In this document: positions 1 through 9,500 of the stretch, piece by piece
How the letters are laid out: each line of letters starts with the position of its first letter
How positions within the stretch are numbered: the stretch's first letter is position 1
Assembly: GCA_945901065.1 (NCBI GenBank)
Contig: CAMDKI010000003.1
Location: 369,640-433,639 of the forward strand
Origin: Chitinophaga pinensis
GTDB taxonomy: Bacteria > Bacteroidota > Bacteroidia > Chitinophagales > CAIOSU01
Direction: 5' to 3'
Length of the DNA: 64,000 nucleotides
Notes under the pieces: model-generated
The model's input: the letters and a program-made list of their open reading frames with translations, nothing else
The model's database searches: none
Told to the model about the DNA's origin: nothing
Position numbers and translations under genes: made by a program

Positions 1-933
1 TATATTTATTTCGGGCAAGCCACCTATGTTAGATGATATTACGGGTACTTCGCAGGCCATAGCTTCAAGTGCCGCCAAGCCAAAGCTTTCGCTGCCCGAA
101 GGGATCATGAACAAATCACTAATGGCCAATAACTCTTCAACGGCTTCTTGCTTGCCCAAAAATCGCACATGGTTACAAATGTCCAATTCGCGGCAAAGTT
201 GCTCCACGTGTGGTCTTTCGGGGCCATCGCCAACTAAGAGTAGCTTGGCAGGAACTTGCTCAACTACTTGCTTAAACACCTTTACCACATCGCGTACGCG
301 TTTCACTTTCCGGAAATTGGATACGTGAATCATTATTTTTTCGCCATCGGGTGCTATTGCCTTGCGGAAGTGCTCTTTATTGGTTTTGCTAAAACGCTGA
401 AAATCGATAAAGTTGGGAATGACCTCAATATCGCGTTTGATGTTGAAATGCTGGTAAGTTTCGTCTTTCAGGTTTTGTGATACTGCCGTAACCCCATCTG
501 ATTTGTTGATGGAGAACGTTACCACCGGGGCATAGGTGGCATCTTTACCCACCAATGTTATATCGGTGCCGTGCAGGGTGGTTATTACGGGTACGTTAAT
601 GCCTTCTTCGCGCAAAATTTGCTTAGCCAAGTAAGCAGCCGAGGCATGCGGTATAGCATAATGCACGTGTATCAAGTCAAGGCCTTGATATTTGGTTACG
701 TCAACCAATTTGCTGGCCAGCACGGTTTCATAAGGAGCATAATCAAACAACGGGTAGTCGGCAATGTTTACCTCGTGGTAAAACAGGTTGTTGCTAAAGT
801 GGTCGAGCCTAAAGGGTTGCTTGTAAGTAATAAAATGCACTTCATGGCCTTTGTCGGCCAGGGCTTTACCAAGCTCAGTAGCTACTACGCCACTACCGCC
901 ATAGGTAGGATAACATACTATACCAATTTTCAT
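1..933 (-). CDS. bshA: N-acetyl-alpha-D-glucosaminyl L-malate synthase BshA (GT4), 3' end runs off the window
   Basis: Manual translation from ATG at 933: MKIGIVCYPTYGGSGVVATELGKALADKGHEVHFITY...HVHYAIPHA...TTLHGTDITLVG, the BshA signature. Absent from the ORF track because it is truncated. Confidence 0.9.
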   Translation of the reverse strand, partial: MKIGIVCYPTYGGSGVVATELGKALADKGHEVHFITYKQPFRLDHFSNNLFYHEVNIADYPLFDYAPYETVLASKLVDVTKYQGLDLIHVHYAIPHASAAYLAKQILREEGINVPVITTLHGTDITLVGKDATYAPVVTFSINKSDGVTAVSQNLKDETYQHFNIKRDIEVIPNFIDFQRFSKTNKEHFRKAIAPDGEKIMIHVSNFRKVKRVRDVVKVFKQVVEQVPAKLLLVGDGPERPHVEQLCRELDICNHVRFLGKQEAVEELLAISDLFMIPSGSESFGLAALEAMACEVPVISSNIGGLPEINI

Positions 934-1003
934 TAGCGTTGTTTAAGATTGCTAAGTTAACTGTTTAGGGGGTGTAAAAGTTCTTTGTTATTTACGAATT
1001 CAG

Positions 1004-1102
1004 AAGTACGAGGTACGATTATACGGAAACCTGATATGCAAAACTTGCACATGGTTACTTCTTGTTAATCCAATCGTAAATCGTACTTCGTACATCGTAC
1101 CT
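1004..1102. repeat. Inverted pair of 7-bp tandem-repeat arms (ANGTACG / CGTACNT)
   Basis: Left arm aagtacg-aggtacg-attatacg (1004-1025); right arm cgtaaat-cgtactt-cgtacat-cgtacct (to 1102) is its reverse complement. Confidence 0.8.
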
Positions 1103-1158
1103 AAAACAATTGTGTCTAACATTTTCGATAACTTAGCGTTTTAGTGATTAAAGATATT

Positions 1159-1806
1159 ATGAGTTATTTCCAGCCTACCCGCCCCAATGCCATGCCAACG
1201 ATAGTCAAGAACTTGATTATCATCAACGTGCTATTTTTTATTGCCACTTTGGTTTTCGAAGGGCAAGGTATCGATTTGATTCGGTATTTGGGTATGTTCC
1301 CGGTGCAGTCAGATTATTTTATGCCGCACCAAGTTGTTACACACATGTTCATGCATGGCGGTTGGCAGCACATCCTGTTCAATATGTTTGCTCTTTGGAT
1401 GTTTGGCTCGCCACTAGAAAACGTATGGGGACCGAAGCGTTTCTTGGAGTTTTATATGATTACTGGTTTAGGGGCCGCATTTTTGCACCAAGCCGTAAAT
1501 GCCTACGAAATTTATAGTGGCAATTACGACCCTTCATTGTTTGGGCCAGTTGTAGGCGCTTCGGGTGCGGTGTTTGGCATTCTTACGGCTTTTGGTATGT
1601 TGTATTCCAACTCGTTAATTTACCTATATTTTGCCATCCCCGTTAAGGCCAAATATGTAGTATCGGGGCTGATAATTTATGAACTTTACAGGGGCTTTGC
1701 CAACAACCCCAACGATAATGTGGCGCACTTTGCCCACCTTGGCGGGGCATTGATTGCCTTTATTTTGATAAAATACTGGCAGCGGAACAGAAACCATTTT
1801 TATTGA
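1159..1806 (+). CDS. Rhomboid family intramembrane serine protease
   Basis: HILFNM, GASGA (catalytic Ser) and AHFAHLGG (catalytic His) motifs; ATG at 1159 preferred over GTG at 1144. Confidence 0.92.
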   Translation: MSYFQPTRPNAMPTIVKNLIIINVLFFIATLVFEGQGIDLIRYLGMFPVQSDYFMPHQVVTHMFMHGGWQHILFNMFALWMFGSPLENVWGPKRFLEFYMITGLGAAFLHQAVNAYEIYSGNYDPSLFGPVVGASGAVFGILTAFGMLYSNSLIYLYFAIPVKAKYVVSGLIIYELYRGFANNPNDNVAHFAHLGGALIAFILIKYWQRNRNHFY

Positions 1807-1811
1807 GTTTT

Positions 1812-1858
1812 CAAGACACAACCTGCCGGCATGCAGAGACACAAGACACAAGACACAA
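1812..1858 (+). repeat. AAGACAC heptamer array interrupted by a cctgccggcatgcag REP-like remnant
   Basis: caagacacaa-cctgccggcatgcag-agacacaagacacaagacacaa directly after the rhomboid stop. Confidence 0.75.
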
Positions 1859-1881
1859 TTTATATAATTAGTAGTTTATTT

Positions 1882-1928
1882 TAACTCGTAACCCGTAACC
1901 CGTAACCCGCAACCCGCAACCAACAACC
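1882..1928 (+). repeat. YAACCCG heptamer array (about 6.5 units) abutting the next ATG
   Basis: taactcg taacccg taacccg taacccg caacccg caaccaa caacc ATG. Confidence 0.9.
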
Positions 1929-2849
1929 ATGAGCAACGCCAGAACCATGTGGGATGATTTTAAGCTGCAGATAAACAATGGCGGGGTTATTACGTGGTTT
2001 ATTATTGTTAACGTAGTCATTTTTGTGCTGCTCAATATGCTCATATTGGGCGCTCTTATAGCCACGGGCAACCGGGCGGGCGCCTATGGTGTGTTGGATG
2101 ATGTGCTGCAATGGATTGGTTTGAATTGGGATTGGCATGTTTTCGTCAAGCGGCCTTGGACTTTTATCACCTCGGCTTTTGCACAATACGATTTTATGCA
2201 CCTATTTTTTAATATGGTGCTCTTTTATTGGCTAGCAGATATTATAAAAGGCTTTGTTGGCGAGCGGCATATTATGCCTATATTTTTATACGGTGCTTTT
2301 TCGGGTGGCGTGGTGTTTATTATCATCAAAAACCTGGTAAATGTTATTGGCCCCGGCATTGAGCCTAATATTGCTATCGGTGCATCGGGTGGAGTGCTGG
2401 CTATTGTTGTAGCTGCAGCTACCTTGGTACCCAACCTGCCTGTTAGGGTGCTGTTTATTGGCGATGTGGCACTCAAATACTTCGCCATGGTGCTTGTTGG
2501 TCTCGATTTGCTGCTCATGCACGATGGCAACGCCGGAGGGCACTTTGCACACCTTGGTGGGGCCTTGTTGGGTTTTATTTATATCAAGCAGTTGCAAGTA
2601 GGGCATAACTGGTCCAATCCGTTTCATAATGCACTGGCATTTGTGACGAGGCCTTTCAAAAAAACACCTAAAGGCCCTAGGGTGGTTTATAAGCGGGAGG
2701 TGGCAACCAACACCGCCGCCAAAAACAAAAACACCGCGCCCGATCAAGCCCGCATTGACGATATTCTGGATAAAATAAACCAATCGGGCTACGACAGCCT
2801 CACCAAAGACGAAAAGGCATTCCTTTTCCGTTACAGCAACAAAGACTAA
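1929..2849 (+). CDS. Rhomboid family protease with C-terminal DUF6576-like domain
   Basis: HLFFNM, GASGG and HFAHLGG motifs; C-terminal IDDILDKINQSGYDSLTKDEK. Confidence 0.9.
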   Translation: MSNARTMWDDFKLQINNGGVITWFIIVNVVIFVLLNMLILGALIATGNRAGAYGVLDDVLQWIGLNWDWHVFVKRPWTFITSAFAQYDFMHLFFNMVLFYWLADIIKGFVGERHIMPIFLYGAFSGGVVFIIIKNLVNVIGPGIEPNIAIGASGGVLAIVVAAATLVPNLPVRVLFIGDVALKYFAMVLVGLDLLLMHDGNAGGHFAHLGGALLGFIYIKQLQVGHNWSNPFHNALAFVTRPFKKTPKGPRVVYKREVATNTAAKNKNTAPDQARIDDILDKINQSGYDSLTKDEKAFLFRYSNKD

Positions 2850-2852
2850 CCA

Positions 2853-3947
2853 ATGCTTCATGCCTTAAAGGTTTTATGGATGCTTTGCTTGCTGCTGGGC
2901 TGCGGTATATACTTGCTATCGTGTTTGGCTCCATTTGTGCACCCCGAGGCATACCCGTTGCTAGGCATTATTGGCTTGGGTTTTCCATTGTGCGTGCTGG
3001 GCATGGTGGTGTTGCTATGGATAGCTTTTTTCGTCAACCGCAAACAGGCCGCCATAGTTACCGTTTGCCTGCTTTTGGGCAGCTACAACATCTACAGCTA
3101 CATTTCTTTCTTCCCTTCCGTAGATAAAACCCCAGATGGCTACCGCGAGGTAAGTATCATGACTTGGAACGTGAAAAATTTTGATCTGTACAATTGGAGT
3201 GGCAAGGGCAAGGTGAAGCAGCAAATGTTGGACCTTATTAAAAATGAAGACCCTGATATACTAGTGCTGCAGGAGTTTTATACCGACGATACCAAAGGCT
3301 ACAACACGCTAAAGGAGTTGCAGAAAACATATCCTTATGTCCATTTTCGGAAATCGCTTACGCTTTACAAAACCAAGTATTGGGGGCTGGCCACCTTTAG
3401 CAAGTACCCCATTAAAAAGGAGGTGGCCATCAGGTTTAGCAACTCTAAGCACAACATGGCCATCGTTAGCGAAATTGAAGTAAACGGCACCCGGTTTAAT
3501 GTGTACAACGTGCACCTGCAAAGCATACAATTTGCAGGTGCCGAGTATGAGGAAATGGAGCGCGTAAGCAAAGCGGGCGATGCCAGCCGATTTCCGGTAA
3601 GGCAGGTATTGGGCAAGCTTAAGCTTGGCTACCAAAAGCGCGGACATCAAGCCGATACCATTGAGGCACATATAATGAGCCACGATATACCCGCCATAGT
3701 GGTCGGCGATTTTAACGATTCGCCCAACTCGTATGCCTACCGCACGCTGCACAAAGGTTTGCAAGATGCCTTTAGAAAAGATGGCCGCGGCATTGGCAAT
3801 ACCTACAATGGGCCGTTCCCGTCGTTGCGCATCGATTATATATTGGCGCACACCAGTTTCCCGGTAATAGATTACCGCGTGCTCCGCGAAGACCTCAGCG
3901 ACCACTATGCCGTAAAGGCGGTAATTGCCGTGCCGAAGGGGGAGTAA
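2853..3947 (+). CDS. Endonuclease/exonuclease/phosphatase family membrane protein
   Basis: N-terminal TM helices; TWNV, DILVLQE, NVHLQS, GDFND, RIDYI and SDHYAV motifs. Confidence 0.9.
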   Translation: MLHALKVLWMLCLLLGCGIYLLSCLAPFVHPEAYPLLGIIGLGFPLCVLGMVVLLWIAFFVNRKQAAIVTVCLLLGSYNIYSYISFFPSVDKTPDGYREVSIMTWNVKNFDLYNWSGKGKVKQQMLDLIKNEDPDILVLQEFYTDDTKGYNTLKELQKTYPYVHFRKSLTLYKTKYWGLATFSKYPIKKEVAIRFSNSKHNMAIVSEIEVNGTRFNVYNVHLQSIQFAGAEYEEMERVSKAGDASRFPVRQVLGKLKLGYQKRGHQADTIEAHIMSHDIPAIVVGDFNDSPNSYAYRTLHKGLQDAFRKDGRGIGNTYNGPFPSLRIDYILAHTSFPVIDYRVLREDLSDHYAVKAVIAVPKGE

Positions 3948-5120
3948 CGTTGATAGAATGATTGAAGCTGCTATTAAAAATTAAACAATGAATCATAATT
4001 CGATGGTTACTGCAAAATCTGCCTTGCAATTTGCTTGCGGCTTACAAATGAAGAACCGGTTTATGTTGGCACCATTGACCAATTTACAAAGCCATGAAGA
4101 TGGAACACTGAGTGATGATGAGCTGAACTGGCTTACCATGCGGGCAAAAGGTCAGTTTGGGTTAGTAATGACTTGCGCCACTAGCGTTCAATATAATGGC
4201 AGGAGCTGGAAAGGTCAGTTAGGTATTCATACCGATGACCATATCGAAGGGCACAAGCGCCTAACCACTGCCCTGCGTGAACTGGGAAGCCTTTCAGTGG
4301 TTCAGTTACACCACGGCGGTGTGCGCGCCAATGCCGAATTGACTGGTGAAAAAGTTGTTGCGCCTTCTGAAAGTGAGAAATATAACGCCCGTGGGCTAAG
4401 CACCGCAGAGGTTGAGCAACTGCGTGATGACTTTATTGCCGCAGCAGTTAGGGCCAAACAAGCGGGATATGATGGCGTTGAGGTACATGGTGCGCATGGC
4501 TATATGATTACACAGTTTATTAGTACTGACTACAATAGGCGAAATGATAAGTATGGTGGTAGCTTGGAAAATAGAGCCCGACTGCTGTTTGAAATAGTGG
4601 ATGGCATCCGCAAGGCTTGTGGCAACAACTTCTTGTTGGGCGTGCGCCTTTCGCCAGAACGCTTTGGTATGCAATTGGAAGAAGTTGTTACTATTAGCCA
4701 GCAACTTATTGATAGTGGGCAAGTTGACTTTTTGGATATATCGTTGTGGGATGTGTTTAAACCAGCGGAAGAAACCGGAAAGCCCCTGATGGATTACGTT
4801 ACCACCCTAAACAAAAAAGAAGTAAAGCTAACCGTAGCGGGTAATATACACAGCAATGCTACTGTAAGCAAAGTATTAGATAGTGGTATTGATTTTGTAA
4901 CCATTGGCAAGTCGGCCATTTTGCACCACGATTTCCCAGTTAAGGTCATGAACGACCCTAATTTTCAATCGAAAGAAACGCCACTTGCGGCTGACTATTT
5001 GCGCCAAGAAGGCTTAGGAGAAGCATTTGTGCAATATATGCGCAATTGGAAGGGCTTTGTAGTTGATTAATTCCAAATTATGCCGTAAAGGCCATAATTG
5101 CCGTGCCGAAGGAGAAGTGA
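3906..5120 (+). repeat. 42-bp imperfect direct repeat (3906-3947 and 5079-5120) flanking the OYE gene
   Basis: tatgccgtaaaggcggtaattgccgtgccgaagggggagtaa vs tatgccgtaaaggccataattgccgtgccgaaggagaagtga, 37/42 identical. Confidence 0.9.
3988..5070 (+). CDS. NADH:flavin oxidoreductase (Old Yellow Enzyme family)
   Basis: KNRFMLAPLT, QLHHGG, AGYDGVEVHGAHGY and RNDKYGGSLENRAR motifs. Confidence 0.92.
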   Translation: MNHNSMVTAKSALQFACGLQMKNRFMLAPLTNLQSHEDGTLSDDELNWLTMRAKGQFGLVMTCATSVQYNGRSWKGQLGIHTDDHIEGHKRLTTALRELGSLSVVQLHHGGVRANAELTGEKVVAPSESEKYNARGLSTAEVEQLRDDFIAAAVRAKQAGYDGVEVHGAHGYMITQFISTDYNRRNDKYGGSLENRARLLFEIVDGIRKACGNNFLLGVRLSPERFGMQLEEVVTISQQLIDSGQVDFLDISLWDVFKPAEETGKPLMDYVTTLNKKEVKLTVAGNIHSNATVSKVLDSGIDFVTIGKSAILHHDFPVKVMNDPNFQSKETPLAADYLRQEGLGEAFVQYMRNWKGFVVD

Positions 5121-5192
5121 GGGGTTTTTAGTTAATGGTGGAAAGGTCCATCAGATAGCAATAAGCTACATGTGCAAAAGTGGTTCGGTGGC

Positions 5193-5224
5193 GTGTCATG
5201 GTTCGGCTACGCTCACCATGACAC
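5193..5224. repeat. REP-like hairpin
   Basis: gtgtcatggt-tcggctacgctc-accatgacac, perfect 10-bp stem; ctacgctcacc recurs at about 61620. Confidence 0.6.
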
Positions 5225-5394
5225 ACACAAATCTGCCACACAACACAATAGGGGATTATCCCTTTTACTGCCGTTCCAATCGCAATAAAACCATCACACC
5301 AACCATTACTCCCTCGTTAAATTCGACCAGTTTGGGCATTATCCCTATTTGGTAATCAATTTTTTTGCTATTTTTAACCTTTGCGGTAAAAAAA

Positions 5395-6438
5395 ATGCCA
5401 CTTGCTATGCCTACATGTTCTGTTAAGCACCTATTGGCCTTGGTTGTTTGTTGTTGTTTGGGTCTAGCCGCCCAAGCGCAAGACATCCACTTTTCGCAAT
5501 ACTTTTCATCACCACTTACCCTTAACCCAGCCCTTACCGGCAGTTTCAATGCTGATTTTAGGGTAGCGGCCAATTTCCGAACACAATACTTTAAAAACGA
5601 TTGGAACAGCAACAATGCCACTTACATGACGTACGGTGCATCGGTTGATGGTTCATTCTTCCGCAAAAAACTAGGTGCCGACCATTTTGGTGCTGGCTTA
5701 CAATTTTATAGCGATAGGGCCGGCGACGGTGGACTAAGCACTACTGCCATTTCGGCATCAATAGCCTATACCAAAACCGTTGATAAATACGAGCGCCACA
5801 GCATTACCTTGGGTATGCAGGGCGGCATTATCCAAAAGCGAATCGATTTTACGAAGCTTACCTTCGAGTCGCAGTTTAATGGCGTTGATGGCTTTAATGT
5901 AGGCCCTAATGGCGAGAATTTCACTAAATCGTCCATGATATATCCCGATGTTTCTATTGGTTTGTTGTGGCGTTCTAGGGTTGGCAAAAAACACAACCTT
6001 TACGTGGGTGGTGCCTATAGCCATCTAAATAGCCCTACCGAGAGTTTCTTGGGTGCTGAGAACAAATTGAGCCCGAAAATTACAGCGCATGGCGGTATGG
6101 AAATCACCTTGAGCAAATACATCTCTATTACCCCAGGCTTTATGGTGCTCTCTCAAAACACAGCATCACAAATAAATATCGGAACTGCTTTGGCTTACAA
6201 GTTAGCAGAAGCGTCCTACTTGTATGTTGGTGCATGGTACCGCGTAGGCGATGCCGTTATACCTATGGTGGGGTACGAAATCAAAGGTTTCCGAGCAGGG
6301 GTTAGCTTTGACGTTACTACGTCTGATATTAACCTTGCCACCAACAGCAAAGGTGCCGTAGAAGTTGCGCTAGTATATACCCACAATCAAGACCCCCCGC
6401 GCAGCATTAATCCCGTTAAATTCTGTCCGAAGTTTTAA
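5395..6438 (+). CDS. PorP/SprF family T9SS outer-membrane beta-barrel protein
   Basis: Signal peptide, then QDIHFSQYFSSPLTLNPALTG; C-terminal GAWYR...SFDVTTS...CPKF. Confidence 0.92.
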   Translation: MPLAMPTCSVKHLLALVVCCCLGLAAQAQDIHFSQYFSSPLTLNPALTGSFNADFRVAANFRTQYFKNDWNSNNATYMTYGASVDGSFFRKKLGADHFGAGLQFYSDRAGDGGLSTTAISASIAYTKTVDKYERHSITLGMQGGIIQKRIDFTKLTFESQFNGVDGFNVGPNGENFTKSSMIYPDVSIGLLWRSRVGKKHNLYVGGAYSHLNSPTESFLGAENKLSPKITAHGGMEITLSKYISITPGFMVLSQNTASQINIGTALAYKLAEASYLYVGAWYRVGDAVIPMVGYEIKGFRAGVSFDVTTSDINLATNSKGAVEVALVYTHNQDPPRSINPVKFCPKF

Positions 6439-6544
6439 TTACAAAATTTCGTAAAGTAATAAAACCTCTTTTTCTTTTGCTTTCTTGGCATAAGTCGCTA
6501 TATTAGTTAGTCCTATTTAGCTAACTTTTTTATTGCCGCGGATC

Positions 6545-9500
6545 ATGTTTAAAAACAGTACTCCATTAAGGAAGTATTTTGTAGCTATCACGCTATTTAT
6601 TTGTGCCTTTTTACCGCAGGTTTCATTTGCCTCTCATGCGGTGGGCGCCGATATAGGCTACACTTGTTTGGGCAATAACCAGTATCGCGTAAGGCTCACT
6701 TTTTATAGAGATTGTGCAGGTATCAATGCTCCAAGTTCGGTGTCGATAAATGCTAGGTCGGCCAGTTGTGGCAGAAACCTAACCTTTACGGCTGGCAGAA
6801 CAAGCGTAACCGAGCTGGTAACCCGTTGTGCATCGCAACAAAATACTACCCGCTGCCGTGGTGGCAACAATCCCGGTTTTGAAGAGCACGTATACGAGGG
6901 GGTGATAACCTTACCGGCGCAGTGCACCGATTGGGTGTTTAGCTATGGTATTTGCTGCCGAAACAGCGCCATTACCAACCTTTCGAGCCCAGGCAGCAGA
7001 GACTTGTACGTTGAAGCTAGGCTTAACAATACCATTACCCCTTGCGACAATTCGCCCTTCTTTTCGACCCAGCCGGTGCCTTTTGTTTGTGTAGGCCAGC
7101 AAACGTTTTACAACCACGGTGCCATTGATATTGATGGAGATTCATTGAGTTATACCATCATAAACCCTTTACAGGCTTCGGGTTCTAACATACCGTTTAC
7201 GGGCGGCACCAATATAAACAACCCAGTGCGTACCAATGGGCCTTTCCTGTTTGATAACCAAACGGGCCAAATGACCTTTACGCCTAGCCAAACCCAAAAT
7301 GCGGTGGTTACGGTACTGGTAAGGGAGTACCGTAACGGCGTGCTTATTGGCTCTACCATGCGCGATATACAAGTGGTGGTGGTAAACTGCCCCAACAACA
7401 ATCCGCCAATTATGTCGGGCACTAATGGCAGTGGGCCAGCATTTAATGGGCAGCCAGCCAGCTATACATCTACTATTTGCGGCGGAAACCCATTGTGTTT
7501 CGATATTAATTTTCAAGACCCTAACGCCAGCAACGTACTTACCGTAACATACAACAACCTGCCGGCAGGTGCAACCATGACCATTAGTGGCACGCAGCCA
7601 CCTGTTGCAACTTTCTGCTGGACCCCAGCACCGGGTCAAACGGGCCAGTACAACTTTATTGTTACTGTTGAAGATGATGCTTGCCCCATAACGGCTAGGG
7701 CCATACAATCATTTACCATCAACGTATCGCCTTCAAGTTACACAGTTAACTCAAACGTGGTGCCGCCAACCTGCCCGGGGGGTAGTAATGGTGCAGCCAG
7801 CATCAGCATATCTTCAGGGGCCATACCGCCTATAAGCTTTTCGTGGCCAAGTGGTGCCACTGGCCCTAGCGTAACCAACATACAATCGGGTACTTACCCA
7901 GTAACCATTACCGATGCAAGCAATTGTGCGGTGGTTTACAACGTAGTGGTACCTGGTCCCGATTCCATGATACTTACCACCACCACTACGCCTTCGGTTT
8001 GTAATGGAACTGCAGATGGTACGGCAACTGTAGCGGTTACGGGCGGCACCAGTGCCAACGGAACGTATGGATATGAGTGGTCGGTAAGCAATCAGGTTAA
8101 CACCAACAATAATATTATAAATGTTGGCTTTGGCAATTATTTCGTTACCGTAACCGACGATAACGGATGCACCGCAACGGCTAATGCTTATGTGTTTCAA
8201 CCCGGGCCATTGGTTATTAATCTCTCGGCGTCATCTATATCTAATTACAACGGTGCCGAAATAAGTTGCTTTGGAGCAGCCGATGGCGTAGTAGAAGCAT
8301 TAGCCTCGGGCGGAGTATTGCCATATACATATGATTGGAGCCCAAATGCCAACAACCAAACTACCAGTATCATTAATAACCTTGGGCCAGGTACTTATGC
8401 AGTTACCGTTACCGATGATAACGGTTGCAATACGGGTACTTCGGTTACCGTTACCGAGCCCGCACAAGTAGTGGCCAATGCGGTGGTTTTTTCTAATTAC
8501 AACGGAGCGGATATTAGTTGCTTTGGTGCCAACGACGGCTCGGCAAGGGTAACTGCTGCTGGCGGCACCGGTGCATACGCTTATGTATGGAGCGCTGCGG
8601 CCAACAACCAAGTTTCGCGAACGGCCACAAACTTAGGCCCTGGCGTATACGATGTAACCGTTTCGGATGTGAACAATTGTACGGCCCAATCAACGGCTAC
8701 ACTGGTTGAGCCAGCTGCCGTGGGTTTGAGCGTGTTTAGCACAGCCACCGTGAACGGATATAACATTTCTTGTTTTGGTGGCAATACCGGGGCCATAGGC
8801 TCCAATGTTACGGGCGGAACACCGGGGTATAACTACAGTTGGAACGACCAAAACAGCCAAATTACAGCCTACGCAAGCGATTTAGTTGCTGGCACATATG
8901 CCTTGCGTGTTACCGATTTGAATGGCTGTTTGGCTATTGATAGTACTACGCTTTCGCAGCCACCGCCACTTGCTACCACGGCTTCCATTACCTCCAATTA
9001 CAATGGGTTTAATGTGAGCTGTGCAGGGGCATCTGATGGCACCGCTATTGCCAACCCAATAGGTGGTGTGCCGCCGTATACCTATGTATGGAACGATCCT
9101 AACTCGCAACTTACCCAAACCGTTACCGGTTTGAGTGCCAATGTACCTTACACCTTGCTAGTAGCCGACTTAAACGAATGCGTAGTATCGGCAACGGTAA
9201 CCCTAAACGAGCCTACCCCGGTTACCTCGCTTACATCGGTAGTATCAAACTACAATGGTAGAGATATAAGCTGCTACAACGGCGCCGATGGTGCAGCCTC
9301 GGTATTGGCTGGAGGTGGCGCTCCACCTTATAGTTTTGTGTGGGCAACCAACTCTGGAAACGTGATAGCAGCTGTACTTACTGGCCTCGAAGAGGGTACC
9401 TATTTGGTTACCGTAACGGATAACAACAATTGCCAAAAAGTGGATTCCGTTTCGTTGGTTCAGCCGCCGTTGCTAGAGTCGTTGACGAGCGCAACCAGGG

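Noticed and set aside
1882-1928. Heptamer arrays as CRISPR repeats
   Set aside because: The units are 7 bp and contiguous, with no unique spacers and no cas genes.
5358-5397. T7 and A8 homopolymers before porP as a phase-variation switch
   Set aside because: The tracts are short and non-coding, and A-rich initiation regions are normal in Bacteroidota.
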